From an uncultured Candidatus Rokubacteria bacterium (GTDB lineage Bacteria; Methylomirabilota; Methylomirabilia; Rokubacteriales; DASRDR01), in the NCBI GenBank assembly GCA_963708025.1, contig CAVPSB010000014.1, positions 288,001-352,000 of the forward strand: DNA of 64,000 nucleotides. The letters run 5' to 3'. Below are positions 51,320 through 61,708 of the stretch, piece by piece; positions within the stretch are counted from its first letter, which is position 1, and every line of letters starts with the position of its first letter. The translations under genes were made by a program, and so were the position numbers. Under the pieces are notes generated by a model that saw only the letters and a program-made list of their open reading frames with translations, had not been told where the DNA came from and ran no database searches.

Positions 51320-51514
51320 TTGACGGTCGTCACCGCCTGGCCCCGCACGGAGCGCGTCCTCGACCCGGTCTGGAATCCGCTCCCCGACGGCTGCCGGCTA
51401 GCGGCCCGGATCTGGCGGCCCGCCGACGCCGAGGCCGACCCGGTGCCGGCGGTCCCTAGCGGCGCCCATATCTGGGTGACGAACCAATCGAGCAACACCG
51501 TGTCGAAGCGCTGA
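51320..51514 (+). pseudogene. chimeric remnant: CocE/NonD hydrolase N-terminus plus YVTN-like C-terminus
   Basis: VWNPLPDGCRLAARIWRPADAEADPVPAV joined to GAHIWVTNQSSNTVSKR*. Confidence 0.55.
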
Positions 51515-51620
51515 GCCTCGGCGAGGGTTGCGCCCGGAGCCCGGTCTTCGCTGGCGGGCCCGGGCGCGTGCTTCGCACGGGCTCTGGGACCTGCTCGGCC
51601 GGCCCGCGCACGCGGAGGCG

Positions 51621-51789
51621 GCCTCAGAGGCGGCTGGGTAGCCCCCGGGCCGGCGCCATGTGCGGGCGGCCACAGTGGGGCCGCCGGTGACGTAGACGAC
51701 CTCGCCGGTCATCCAGCCGGCGCGCTCGGAGGCGAGGGAGAGCACGGCGCTGGCGATGTCGTCGGGCGAGCCGGTGCGGCCGAGGGGCG
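51621..51789 (-). pseudogene. orphan copy of the 3' end of the SDR gene at 56422-57219
   Basis: manual alignment to 56419-56588 gives 13 mismatches and 1 gap over 170 nt. Confidence 0.88.
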
Positions 51790-51884
51790 CGCGGGCCATG
51801 TTGACCGAGCCGGGGATAATCCGTATCATCTCGACCCGTCCAAGAGCGGATCGAGACGGCCGTCAGATGAGGGGGAACGAGCAA

Positions 51885-52385
51885 ATGAGGAAGAGAGTGG
51901 AAATGGTCGCCATGGCGGTCGCGCTCGCAATCGGGGTGTTCGCCGTGGCGACGGCCGACGAGGGGTGGCACACATATCAGTCGGACAAGTATGGGTTCAA
52001 GATGCTGACTCCGTCGGGAGTCCAGTTCAAGGAGAAGGAGCACGGCGGAGGCTGGGGGGCGCTGGAGGCAACTCACGAAACCATCAAGTTCCTGGCCGTC
52101 GGCAAGCTTGGCGCACAGGCCAATCCGGAAGAGATCGAGAAGTTCGGCGTGAACCTCACGGGCCTCGGGGCGGGTCACTGGAAGCAGGTCGACAAGGGGC
52201 AGAACAAGAACGGCTGGAAGTGGTACCGCACGGTCGAGGCGAGCGACGGCAAGACCCTGCTCTTCGGCGGCTATGGCACCGGGCCCAAGGGCAGCTACCT
52301 GATCCTGCTCCAGACGACGGTCAAGGACTACGAGGAGCACAAAGCCGACTACCACAAGTGGTACAACAGCATCACCCTGTTCTGA
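51885..52385 (+). CDS. secreted hypothetical protein
   Basis: signal peptide, strong coding codon bias, Lys/Gly/Trp-rich mature part. Confidence 0.75.
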   Translation: MRKRVEMVAMAVALAIGVFAVATADEGWHTYQSDKYGFKMLTPSGVQFKEKEHGGGWGALEATHETIKFLAVGKLGAQANPEEIEKFGVNLTGLGAGHWKQVDKGQNKNGWKWYRTVEASDGKTLLFGGYGTGPKGSYLILLQTTVKDYEEHKADYHKWYNSITLF

Positions 52386-52389
52386 GTCG

Positions 52390-52520
52390 GTGCGCCAGTG
52401 GGTCGTATCGGTTCCGGTATCGCCTCGCGTGCGACCACGGCTTGACGCGCGCGGTGCTGGGCATCCACGCCCGGGTGCTCCAAGGCTTCTACGTCCGCAG
52501 CGCACACCGGCGTGGCATTG
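52390..52520 (+). mobile_element. IS91-family transposase fragment
   Basis: VRQWV then, shifted, YRFRYRLACDHGLTRAVLGIHARVLQGFY resembles the IS91-type VRQWVLSxPxxLRYxLAxD region. Confidence 0.65.
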
Positions 52521-52728
52521 GCCGGGGGGGGGCCAGCAACATAACGCCCTTTCGCGACCCTTTGGGGGGCCGCGCCCCATGCGGATCGGATCCTGAACGA
52601 CCCGCCGCCGACCGATCTGCCCGTCGCGCGAGCTTGATGCACCGATTCGCGCCCGCCCTCATCGACGACTGCCCCCTGCACGGGGCCCAGACACGCAGGA
52701 AGGCCACGAGGTCTTCGGGAGGCTCATC

Positions 52729-53577
52729 ATGATGCGACGTCGCTTTGCCGCCATCGCGCTAGCCGCGCTCTTCTGCGCGGGTCCCGCGCTCGCCCAGGAC
52801 AAGCTTCCCCCGCTCAGGACCGGCGTCGACGGCACCTTCGCCCCGCACGCCATGCCCAAGCTGGGCGGCGGCGTCGAGGGCTTCCAGATCGACCTCTTCA
52901 CCGAGGTCGCGCGCCGCATGAAGCGCGAGATCACCATCGACGCGGTGAGCTTCTCGACCCTGATTCCCGGCATGCAGTCCGGCCGCTACGACTTCATCGC
53001 CGCGCCGACGACGGTGACCAAGGAGCGGGCGGAGAACATGCTGTTCACCGCGGGCTACCTGTGGACCGCGTACCAGTTCGGCATCAAGAAGGGCTCGGAG
53101 CCGATCAAGGACTGGGCCGACCTCAAGGGCAAGTCGGTCTCCGTCAACAAGGGCACGCCCTACGAGACGCTGTCCAAGGCCAAGGGCGCCGAGCACGGCT
53201 TCACGGTGCAGGTCTACGACACCCAGCCGGACGCCACCCAGGCGGTCCTCTCGGGCCGCGCCTACGCGACGCTCGGCGGCAACACCACCATCGTCTACGC
53301 CGCGTCGAAGAACCCGCAGTTCGTGGCCGACCTCGAGCTCAAGGACACGCGCGCCCACTGGGCGGCGCCGGTGCCCAAGAACAACCCGAAGCTCCGCGCC
53401 GAGCTCCAGGATGCGCTCGACTGCATGAAGAAGGACGGCACGATCGCCAGGCTTTCCGAGAAGTGGTTCGGCCGCAAGCCGCCGGCCGACGGCCTCGAGG
53501 TGGTGATCACGCCGGGCTACGGCCCGCCCGGCATGCCGGGCTACGACCCGACACCGCACGAGCTCAAGTGCAACTGA
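52729..53577 (+). CDS. polar amino acid ABC substrate-binding protein
   Basis: signal peptide, [40 protein letters not shown]. Confidence 0.92.
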   Translation: MMRRRFAAIALAALFCAGPALAQDKLPPLRTGVDGTFAPHAMPKLGGGVEGFQIDLFTEVARRMKREITIDAVSFSTLIPGMQSGRYDFIAAPTTVTKERAENMLFTAGYLWTAYQFGIKKGSEPIKDWADLKGKSVSVNKGTPYETLSKAKGAEHGFTVQVYDTQPDATQAVLSGRAYATLGGNTTIVYAASKNPQFVADLELKDTRAHWAAPVPKNNPKLRAELQDALDCMKKDGTIARLSEKWFGRKPPADGLEVVITPGYGPPGMPGYDPTPHELKCN

Positions 53578-53590
53578 CCGACTCGAGCGA

Positions 53591-54331
53591 GTGAACGGCC
53601 CGATCGTCGACGCGCGCGGTCTCCACAAGCATTTCGGCGCCCTTCACGTTCTGAAGGGCGTCGATCTCAGGGTGGCCGAGCGCGAGCTGGTGTTCGTCAT
53701 CGGGCCGTCGGGCTCGGGCAAGTCGACCCTGCTGCGCTGTCTCAACCGGCTGGAGGAGCCGTCCGCCGGCAGCGTCGTGGTGGACGGCATCGACATGCTC
53801 GACCCGCGGACCGACATCAACCATGCCCGCCAGCGCATCGGCATGGTGTTCCAGTCCTTCAACCTCTATCCGCACATGACGGCGCTCGGCAACGTGACGC
53901 TCGCGCTCCGCAAGGTCGCGGGCAAGTCGCGCGCCACGGCCGAGGCGCTCGGCCGGGCCGCACTGGAGCGGGTCGGCCTCGCCGACCGCGCCGGCCACAC
54001 GCCGGGCCAGCTCTCGGGCGGCCAGCAGCAGCGGGTGGCCATCGCGCGCTCGATCGCGCTCGAGCCCCGGGTCATGCTGTTCGACGAGCCGACCAGCGCG
54101 CTCGATCCGGAGCTGGTGGGCTCGGTGCTCGAGGTCATGCGCTCCTTGCGCGAGAGCGGCATGACCATGATCGTGGTCAGCCACGAGATGGGCTTTGCCC
54201 GCAACGCCGCCGACCGGGTCGTGTTCATGGACGAGGGCGCCATCGTGGAGGAGGGGCCGCCGGCCGCGATCTTCGAGAACCCGGCCCACGAGCGCACGCG
54301 CGCCTTCATCGGCCAGATCCAGCGGCACTGA
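53591..54331 (+). CDS. polar amino acid ABC ATPase (GlnQ-like)
   Basis: [39 protein letters not shown]. Confidence 0.95.
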   Translation: MNGPIVDARGLHKHFGALHVLKGVDLRVAERELVFVIGPSGSGKSTLLRCLNRLEEPSAGSVVVDGIDMLDPRTDINHARQRIGMVFQSFNLYPHMTALGNVTLALRKVAGKSRATAEALGRAALERVGLADRAGHTPGQLSGGQQQRVAIARSIALEPRVMLFDEPTSALDPELVGSVLEVMRSLRESGMTMIVVSHEMGFARNAADRVVFMDEGAIVEEGPPAAIFENPAHERTRAFIGQIQRH

Positions 54332-54359
54332 GCGGGGGTTGCCCCCGGATACCGATCCA

Positions 54360-55042
54360 ATGTCGAACTGGGCTCGCTTCACCGACACGTTCTTCAACGC
54401 GCAAGGTCATGCTCAAGTACCTGCCGGACATCCTGTCCGGCGTGGTGGTCACGATCGAGCTGGCCCTCCTCGATCGTCGTCACGGGCATCGCCGCCGGCC
54501 TGGCTCTGGCGCTGCTCAGAAGCCTCGCCATCCGGCCGCTCAACTGGCTGATCGTCTTCGTCGTCGACCTCTTCCGCTCGCTGCCGCCGCTGGTCGTCAT
54601 CGTGCTGATCTACTTCGGCCTGCCCAGCGTCGACCTCTCGCCCTCGGGCTTCGTCTCGACCTGGCTGTCGCTCGCCCTGGTGCTGATGGCCTTCTCCGAG
54701 GAGATCTTCTGGGCCGGCATCACCTCGGTGGCCAAGGGCCAGTGGGAGGCCGCGCGCTCGACCGGCCTGTCGTTCGGCCAGACCCTGATGAACGTCGTGC
54801 TGCCGCAGGCCTTCCGGCTGACCATCCCGCCGCTCACCAACCGCACCATCGCCATCACCAAGGGCACCGCGCTCGGCACCGTCGTCGCAGTCACCGAGAT
54901 CCTGGGCCAGGCGAGCTCGGCGATGTCCAACTCCTACAATCCCTCGCCGCTGATGATGGGCGCCGCGGCCTACCTCGTGCTGTTCTTCCCCGTCGTGGTG
55001 GCGGCCCGCTGGGTCGAGACCAAGTTCGCGTGGAAGCGATGA
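54360..55042 (+). CDS. polar amino acid ABC permease, 5' frameshifts
   Basis: FRSLPPLV, GQWEAARSTG, LPQAFR, KGTAL. Confidence 0.88.
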
Positions 55043-55701
55043 TCCAGACCTTCTTCAACCTGGAGATCATCGCCGCGTCCTGGCCGATCGTGCTGGCGGG
55101 CCTGCGGAACACCGTGCTGCTGTCGCTGCTCGTGGTGCCGCTCGGCCTGGTCGGCGGGCTGATCCTGGCGCTGCTGGCGAGCGTGAAGAGTCCCGCGGTG
55201 CGCTGGCCGCTGATGGCCTGGGTCGACTTCTTCCGCGCCTTTCCGCCCCTGGTGCTGCTGATCCTCCTGTTCGCCGGACTGCCGTTCGCCGGGCTGGAGC
55301 TGGGCGGCTTCGTCTGTGTGGCCGTCGCCTTCTTCCTCAACACCGGCGCCTACTACGGCGAGATCCTGAGGGCGGGCATCGATTCCGTGCCGGCCGGCCA
55401 GATCGAGGCCGCGCGCTCCACCGGCCTCTCTCGGCTGCAGGCCATGGCCTACGTCGTGCTGCCCCAGGCGGTGCGCAACGTGCTGCCCGACCTGCTCTCC
55501 AACACGCTCGAGGTGGTGAAGCTCACCTCGCTCGGCAGCGTGGTCGCGGTGCCCGAGCTCCTCTACCAGGCGCGTCAGGCGCAGAGCCTGACCTACAACC
55601 CGACGCCCATCGTGGTGGCGGCGATCGTCTACTTCCTGATGCTCTGGCCCGTGGTGCGGCTGTTGAGCCGACTGGAGAACCGCGCACTCGCCGGGCGGTA
55701 G
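55039..55701 (+). CDS. polar amino acid ABC permease
   Basis: FRAFPPLV, EILRAGI, GQIEAARSTG, KLTSL; ATGA coupling to the previous gene. Confidence 0.92.
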   Translation: MIQTFFNLEIIAASWPIVLAGLRNTVLLSLLVVPLGLVGGLILALLASVKSPAVRWPLMAWVDFFRAFPPLVLLILLFAGLPFAGLELGGFVCVAVAFFLNTGAYYGEILRAGIDSVPAGQIEAARSTGLSRLQAMAYVVLPQAVRNVLPDLLSNTLEVVKLTSLGSVVAVPELLYQARQAQSLTYNPTPIVVAAIVYFLMLWPVVRLLSRLENRALAGR

Positions 55702-55759
55702 GCCTCGAGCAGCTCGGGAGGCGGGCAGAGCCGGGGATGGCGCGGTTCATGTGGCTGCC

Positions 55760-56113
55760 GGTGGCGTGAGGCGAGGCGGCCACGTGCCGCAGCCGTGCGA
55801 TCAGGCGAGCGGAACGTGCGCACGCGCGGCGGCGATGGCGGCCGTCCGTCCGTCCGGCGGGCCCGTGCAAGATGGCCCCGAGCAGCCGCAGCCGGACTGC
55901 GGCGTCGACCGCGCGCGGATCGAGCCCGTGGCCACGGGCCGCCCCGTAGCCGGCCGTCACCGCCGCGAAGCGCTCCGGGCCCCAACTCCCGAGATAGCCG
56001 AGATCGAAGTGCGGATCGGCGATACCGCTGATCGACCAGTCGATCACGCCGGCGAGGCCGGATTGGCTCGCGGTCAGCAGCAGGTTCTTCCAGTTGGCAT
56101 CGTTGCGGCCGGT
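55760..56113 (-). pseudogene. C-terminal remnant of an APH/choline kinase-like phosphotransferase
   Basis: after an in-frame TAG: RNDANWKNLLL...LAGVIDWS...DPHFDLG (degenerate HxDxxxxN and IDW motifs). Confidence 0.55.
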
Positions 56114-56136
56114 CTAACCGGGCGGGGGATCGAGCG

Positions 56137-56403
56137 ATGAAGCCGGCATTCCGCGTCGTCCTTGGCGTCCTTGCGGGCGTCGTCGCGCTGGGAGCGCTCG
56201 TCGCGCTGCTGCTCGTGCGCGAGTGCGCCTACGGCGGCGGCATGGGGGCGCGCGACCGAACGTGCGTGTGCCTCGGCGTCGAGTGGCAGGTCTACGACCA
56301 GCGGCCTGCCGACGGACCGCGCCGGTCCGTCTGCATCGGCCTCGTGCGGTCGCGGACGTGCCATCGGACCAGCGACGGCCCGGTGATCCCGTGCCCGCCG
56401 TGA
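56137..56403 (+). CDS. small membrane-anchored Cys-rich protein
   Basis: N-terminal TM helix followed by a 60-aa domain with 6 Cys. Confidence 0.55.
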   Translation: MKPAFRVVLGVLAGVVALGALVALLLVRECAYGGGMGARDRTCVCLGVEWQVYDQRPADGPRRSVCIGLVRSRTCHRTSDGPVIPCPP

Positions 56404-56421
56404 TCGCGCCCCGGGGGGGCC

Positions 56422-57219
56422 TCAGATGCGGCGGGGGAGCCCCCGGGCGGGCGCCATGTGGGGCCGGCCGCAGTGGGTGCCGCCCGTGACGTAGACGACC
56501 TCGCCGGTCATCCAGCCGGCGCGCTCGGAGGCGAGGAAGAGGACCGCGCTGGCGATGTCGTCGGGGGAGCCGGTGCGCCCGAGGGGCGTGGCGGCGAGCA
56601 TGTCGCCGACGTAGGGGTGAGGGGACGGGTCGCCCTTCCGGAGCACGGTGTCCATCACCAGCCCGGGGGCGACCGCGTTGACGCGGATCCCGTGCGGCCC
56701 CAGCTCGATGGCGAGGACCTCGGTCAGCATGTTGACCGCGGCCTTGGAGCCGCAGTAGTGGGCGGCGCCGGCCCGGGCCGAGGTGGAGGCGCCGGAGGAG
56801 ATGTTGACGATGCTGCCCGGCGCCTTCCGCTCGACCAGCTGGCGGGCCACCGCCTGGCAGCAGAGCATCGTGCCGCGCACGTTGACCGCGAAGGTCCGGT
56901 CCCAGTCCTCGACCGCCACCTCCAGGAGGGTGCCCTGGGGCACGTAGCCGGCGAAGTTGACGAGGACGTCGACCGGCCCCAGGCGCCCGGTGCCCTCCGC
57001 GACGACGCGGGCGACGTCGTCGCCCCGCGCCACGTCGGCAGGAACGGCGGCCACCGCCGCGCCCAGCTCGCGCGCGAGCCGGGCCGTCTCCTCGAGGGGC
57101 CCGGGGTTCAGGTCGGTGACGAGGAGCCGCGCGCCCTCGCGGGCGAAGGCCAGGGCGCAGGGCCGGCCGAGCCGGCCGGCGGCGCCGGTGAGCATGACGA
57201 CGCGATCGGTGAACTCCAT
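56422..57219 (-). CDS. SDR family oxidoreductase
   Basis: TGAAGRLG, LVNFAG, NISS, YCGSK, RVNAVAPG, TGEVVYVTGG. Confidence 0.93.
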   Translation of the reverse strand: MEFTDRVVMLTGAAGRLGRPCALAFAREGARLLVTDLNPGPLEETARLARELGAAVAAVPADVARGDDVARVVAEGTGRLGPVDVLVNFAGYVPQGTLLEVAVEDWDRTFAVNVRGTMLCCQAVARQLVERKAPGSIVNISSGASTSARAGAAHYCGSKAAVNMLTEVLAIELGPHGIRVNAVAPGLVMDTVLRKGDPSPHPYVGDMLAATPLGRTGSPDDIASAVLFLASERAGWMTGEVVYVTGGTHCGRPHMAPARGLPRRI

Positions 57220-57233
57220 GCGATGCCTCCGGG

Positions 57234-58070
57234 TCAGCGGGGGAGGATCCGCCGCAGGTCGGTGCCGCGCGAGATCAGCAGGGTTCCCACCACGAGCACG
57301 AACGCGAAGAGGATGAGGAGCGCCGACAGCGCGGCGATCGTCGGGTCCTGCCACTTCTCCATGTAGAGGAACATCTCGATCGGCAGCGTGTTGTTCTCGC
57401 CGCGGGTGAGGAAGATCGAGCTCTCGACCTGGTCGAACGACACGATGAACGCCAGCAGCGTGCTGACGGCGAGCCCCGAACGGATCTGCGGGAGGACGAT
57501 CCGCCAGAGCACCGTCGGCCGCGAGGCGCCCAGATCCTGGGCGGCCTCCTCGAGGGAGGGGTCCAGCCCGACCAGGTTCGCCGCCAGGATGTTGACGACG
57601 AACGGCAGCACGACGATCGTGTGGGCCAGGATCAGCGGCCCCACGCCCCCCTGGAGCCCGAGCCGCGCAAAGAAGATGAACCAGCCGACGCCGAGGACGA
57701 TCTTCGGCATCACGATGGGGGACAGCAGGAACGCCCGCAGCGCCTCGCGGCCGGGAAAGCGCCCCCGTACCAGCGCCAGCGCGCCCAGGAGGCCGGTGAC
57801 CAGGGCCAGCGCGGTGGCGGCGACGCCGATCCCCAGGCTCCGGAGGAACGCGCCCCGGAAGGCCGGCTGGTCGGCGAGGTTGGCGTACCAGCGGAGGGAG
57901 AGGCCGGGCGGGGGAAAGACCCCGTAGGCCACGCTCGAGAACGAGTAGAAGACGACGATGGCCAGCGGCAGCAGGACGAAGCCGACGCCGAGGGCCAGGA
58001 CCCCGCGGAGGACGGCGTCACGGGCGCGGTCCGCCCGCGCCTCGCGCGCCTGGAGGTCGGTGGGGCTCAT
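57234..58070 (-). CDS. ABC permease, PotC-like
   Basis: SLRWY, LEEAAQDLGA, SFDQV, TLPIEMF. Confidence 0.88.
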   Translation of the reverse strand: MSPTDLQAREARADRARDAVLRGVLALGVGFVLLPLAIVVFYSFSSVAYGVFPPPGLSLRWYANLADQPAFRGAFLRSLGIGVAATALALVTGLLGALALVRGRFPGREALRAFLLSPIVMPKIVLGVGWFIFFARLGLQGGVGPLILAHTIVVLPFVVNILAANLVGLDPSLEEAAQDLGASRPTVLWRIVLPQIRSGLAVSTLLAFIVSFDQVESSIFLTRGENNTLPIEMFLYMEKWQDPTIAALSALLILFAFVLVVGTLLISRGTDLRRILPR

Positions 58071-58915
58071 ACGGTGGGGAGCTTCCTCAGCACCGCGTTC
58101 AGCCCCCACACCGCGAGGACGGACAGGGCCAGGAGCGCGAGGCTGGCCACCGCGCCGTCCGGCCAGTTGATCTCCACGGTGCTGTTGTAGACCGTCAGGG
58201 GCAGGACCTGGACGCGGCCGCCGCCCAGGATCTGGGGCGTCACGAAGGCGCTGAGCGCGAGCGTGAAGCAGATGAGGGCGCCGGCCACCACGCCGGGCAT
58301 GGTGAGGGGCAGCGTGATGCGGAGGAAGGTGTCCCACCAGCCGGCCCCCAGGTCGCGGGCGGCCTCCTTCAGCGTGACGTCGATCCGCCCGAGGACCGAG
58401 TAGATCGGGAAGATCGCGAAGGGGAGCAGGATGTGGGTCAGGCTCACCACGACGCCGCGCATGTTGAAGAGGAGGGAGAGCGGCTCGTCGATCAGCCCGA
58501 GGCCCCGCAGGGTCGTGTTCACCAGGCCCTGGTTGGCGAGCAGGATCAGCCAGCCGTAGGTCCGGACCACGACGCTGACCAGGAGCGGCGAGAAGAGGAC
58601 GACCGCCAGGACCAGCCGGGCCATCCGGCTCCGGACCCGGGTGTGGAGCGCGTAGGCCACCGGGTAGCCGATGAGCACCGCCAGCGCCGTCACGACGAAG
58701 GCCAGCCAGAGCGAGGTCGCGATGATCTTGTAGGAGAACGGGTCGGCGAAGAACGCGACGAACGTGCGAAGGGTCCACACCGGGAGGATGCGGCCATCCT
58801 TGAAGGCGTGGAAGCCGTTGACGAAGTAGAAGGCGAGCGGGACGACGTAGAGCACGGCCATGAGGAGGAGGGCGGGGGCGAGCAGGAAGAGGACTAGCCG
58901 ACCCTGGACGCGCAC
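58067..58915 (-). CDS. ABC permease, PotB-like
   Basis: GYPVAY, VVRTYGW, LKEAARDLGA, AFVTPQILGG. Confidence 0.88.
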   Translation of the reverse strand: MRVQGRLVLFLLAPALLLMAVLYVVPLAFYFVNGFHAFKDGRILPVWTLRTFVAFFADPFSYKIIATSLWLAFVVTALAVLIGYPVAYALHTRVRSRMARLVLAVVLFSPLLVSVVVRTYGWLILLANQGLVNTTLRGLGLIDEPLSLLFNMRGVVVSLTHILLPFAIFPIYSVLGRIDVTLKEAARDLGAGWWDTFLRITLPLTMPGVVAGALICFTLALSAFVTPQILGGGRVQVLPLTVYNSTVEINWPDGAVASLALLALSVLAVWGLNAVLRKLPTV

Positions 58916-58986
58916 GGCGCCTAGCCTAAGCTCCCGCCCGCGTCCTGGCAACCGCCCGGCTCACCGCCCCGCTCACACTCACGCCC

Positions 58987-59063
58987 CCGGGTGGTGGACC
59001 ACCCGGAGGTGGCCCGGGCGAGGATCGAGGCGTCTTGACGCGCCCGGGCCGCCACGCTAGGCT
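58987..59063 (+). promoter_or_regulatory. operator-like palindrome and candidate sigma70 promoter
   Basis: CCGGGTGGT-GG-ACCACCCGG (58987-59006); TTGACG-N17-TAGGCT (59035-59063). Confidence 0.45.
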
Positions 59064-59118
59064 CGGCCCACTCCCGAAAGGCAGTGGCTTCCGTCCAACC
59101 CCACGAGGAGGACCCACG

Positions 59119-60720
59119 ATGAAGCGTCTGCGCGCGCGATCGGGGCTCGGCATCACGGTACTCACGGTCGTCCTGCTGGCCCTGGGGATCCCGGCGGCGA
59201 GGGCCGCCGATCCGGCACCGGGCGGGACGCTCGTCGTCGGGCTCGACCAGGAGCCGCCGACGCTCGATCCTCACGCGTCGCCGTCGGCGGTGACCTACCA
59301 GGTCATCGCCTCGGTCACCGAGAGCCTGCTGTTCCATGGCCGGGACGGGAAGCTTTACCCGTGGCTCGCCGAGTCGTGGACCACCTCGGCGGACGGGAAG
59401 AGCGTCACCTTCAAGCTTCGCAAGGACGTCAAGTTCCACGACGGGACCCCGTTCAACGCCGCCGCCGTCAAGTTCAACTTCGACCGGATCGTGGATCCCA
59501 AGTTCAAGGCCGGCGGGTCGCGGGCCCAGCTCGCCGGCTACGCCGAGTCGAAGGTCCTCGACGAGCACACCGTCCAGGTGAGCTTCCAGGCCCCCTACGC
59601 GCCGTTTCTCACCTACGCCGCCGCCGGCACGCTGAGCATGGTGTCGCCGAAGGCGGTGCGTGAGACGGGCGACGGGGTGCACACCCAGCCGGTCGGCACC
59701 GGCGCGTTCATGGTCAAGGACTACGTGGCCAAGGACCACACGACCATCGTGCGCAACCCGGCCTACAACCGGAAGGCGCCGTGGAGCGACCGGTCGGGGC
59801 CGGCCTACCTGGACGCCATCGTGTGGAAGTTCATCCCGGAGGCGGGGACCCGGGTGACGACCCTCGAGAGCGGCGAGACCCAGGGGATCTACCTGGTGCC
59901 GGCCCAGTCCCTGCCGCGCCTGGAGCGCAACGCGGCCATCCGCGTCGAGCGGATGCCGTGGCCGGGGGCGCCCCGGATCTGGGTCCTGAACGTGACCAAG
60001 CCCCCACTGGACGACGTCCGGGTCCGCCAGGCGATCAACTACGCCGTCGACAAGGAGGCGTTCCTGGCGACGGTCTACAAGGGGACGGCGGTCCGGGCCT
60101 CCGCCCCCCTCACCGCCGTCATGCTGGAAGACGCCGGGCTCCGCCAGTACTACCCCTACAACCCCGGCAAGGCCCGGGACCTCCTGGGACAGGCCGGCTG
60201 GCAGCCGGGACCCGAGGGCATCCGGGCGAAGGGCGGTCAGCGGCTGGAGATCGTGCTGAACGCGATCGAGTACGGCGGCGGTCCGGATCCGACCGCCCAG
60301 CTCATCCAGTCGTCGCTCCGCGAGGTCGGCATCGACCTGAAGATCAAGGCCCAGGCGCGCCCGCCGTTCTACGAGGACAACTACCGCTGCGCCACCCACG
60401 GCCCGGTCATGTTCCTTCGCGCGACCGACCCCGACGCCCTCTACTCGCTCTTCCACTCGTCGATGGTCGGCCAGAACTTCAACTGGTCGTGCTACAAGAA
60501 CGCGAAGGCGGACCAGCTCCTGGAGCAGGGCCGGAGGGAGTCGGACCCGGCCAAGCGCCGCGCCGTGTACCTGGAGCTCAGCAAGCTGCTCCTCGACGAC
60601 GCGGCCAGCGTGCCGCTCGTCGACGAGCTGGCCGTGTGGGCCTTCCGGTCCGGTGTCGAGGGCACGAAGTACAACTTCAACGCCTACCCGGTGCTGAGCG
60701 ACACCTTCATCCGGAAGTAG
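59119..60720 (+). CDS. peptide/nickel ABC substrate-binding protein (family 5)
   Basis: EPPTLDP, LAESW, LRKDVKFHDGTPFNA, PVGTG, VRQAINYAVD. Confidence 0.95.
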   Translation: MKRLRARSGLGITVLTVVLLALGIPAARAADPAPGGTLVVGLDQEPPTLDPHASPSAVTYQVIASVTESLLFHGRDGKLYPWLAESWTTSADGKSVTFKLRKDVKFHDGTPFNAAAVKFNFDRIVDPKFKAGGSRAQLAGYAESKVLDEHTVQVSFQAPYAPFLTYAAAGTLSMVSPKAVRETGDGVHTQPVGTGAFMVKDYVAKDHTTIVRNPAYNRKAPWSDRSGPAYLDAIVWKFIPEAGTRVTTLESGETQGIYLVPAQSLPRLERNAAIRVERMPWPGAPRIWVLNVTKPPLDDVRVRQAINYAVDKEAFLATVYKGTAVRASAPLTAVMLEDAGLRQYYPYNPGKARDLLGQAGWQPGPEGIRAKGGQRLEIVLNAIEYGGGPDPTAQLIQSSLREVGIDLKIKAQARPPFYEDNYRCATHGPVMFLRATDPDALYSLFHSSMVGQNFNWSCYKNAKADQLLEQGRRESDPAKRRAVYLELSKLLLDDAASVPLVDELAVWAFRSGVEGTKYNFNAYPVLSDTFIRK

Positions 60721-60740
60721 TGTCCCAGCGAGCTCGCCCG

Positions 60741-60773
60741 CACCCTCTCCCTCCTCGCCGGAGGGAGAGGGTG
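60741..60773. repeat. 14-bp-stem palindrome, family B
   Basis: CACCCTCTCCCTCC-TCGCC-GGAGGGAGAGGGTG between the SBP and permease genes. Confidence 0.7.
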
Positions 60774-60785
60774 AGATAGGACCCC

Positions 60786-61708
60786 GTGCTCACCTACGTC
60801 GCCGGGCGGGCCCTGGCCAGCGTCCCCGTGCTCTTCGGCGTGACGCTGGCCGTCTTCAGCATGCTGTTCCTGGTGCCCGGCGACCCGGTCAAGATGATGC
60901 TGGCCGAGTTCGTCACGAACCCGGACCAGGTCGCCCAGATGCGGGCCCAGCTCCACCTCGACGAGCCGATCCTCCAGCAGTACGGCCGCTTCGTGGCCAA
61001 CGCGCTCCGCGGCGACCTCGGCGTCTCGATCCGGAGCCGGCGCCCGGTCGTCCAGGAGATCCGGGAGAACGTGGGGAGCACGGCCCAGCTCGCCCTCGGC
61101 AGCATGCTGGTCGCCGCCGTCCTGGGCGTCGCGCTCGGGCTCCTGGCCGCCGTCTGCCGGAACACCTGGGTGGACGTCGGCTCGATGCTGGTGGCGCTCC
61201 TGGGCGTCTCCATGCCGAGCTTCTGGCTCGGGCTCCTGCTGATCCTGCTCTTCTCGCTCCAGCTCGGCTGGTTCCCGGCCACCGGGGGCGGCGGCCTCGC
61301 CCACCTGGTCATGCCGATGGTCACCCTGGGGCTCATCCCCTCGGCGATCATCGCCCGCCTCACCCGGTCGAGCATGCTGGAGGTGCTCGGCCAGGACTAC
61401 ATCCGCACCGCCCGCGCGAAGGGGCTGGCGGGGTGGGCGGTGGTGATCCGGCACGGCCTGAAGAACGCCTTCATCCCGGTGGTGACCGTCTTCGGCCTGC
61501 AGTTCGGGAACCTCCTGGCCGGCACCGTGATCGTCGAGACCGTCTTCAGCCGGCCGGGCCTCGGCCGGCTCATCGTCGGCGGGGTCCTGAACAAGGACTT
61601 CCCCCTGGTGCAAGGCGCCATCCTCTTCGTCGCGACCGCCTACGTCGTGATCAACTTGCTGGTCGACCTCGCCTATGCCATCTTCGACCCGCGCATCCGC
61701 TCCGCTAG
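60786..61708 (+). CDS. peptide ABC permease DppB-like; terminal frameshift
   Basis: PGDP, GDLGVS, SMPSFW, DYIRTARAKGL, DFPLVQG, DPRIR. Confidence 0.92.
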
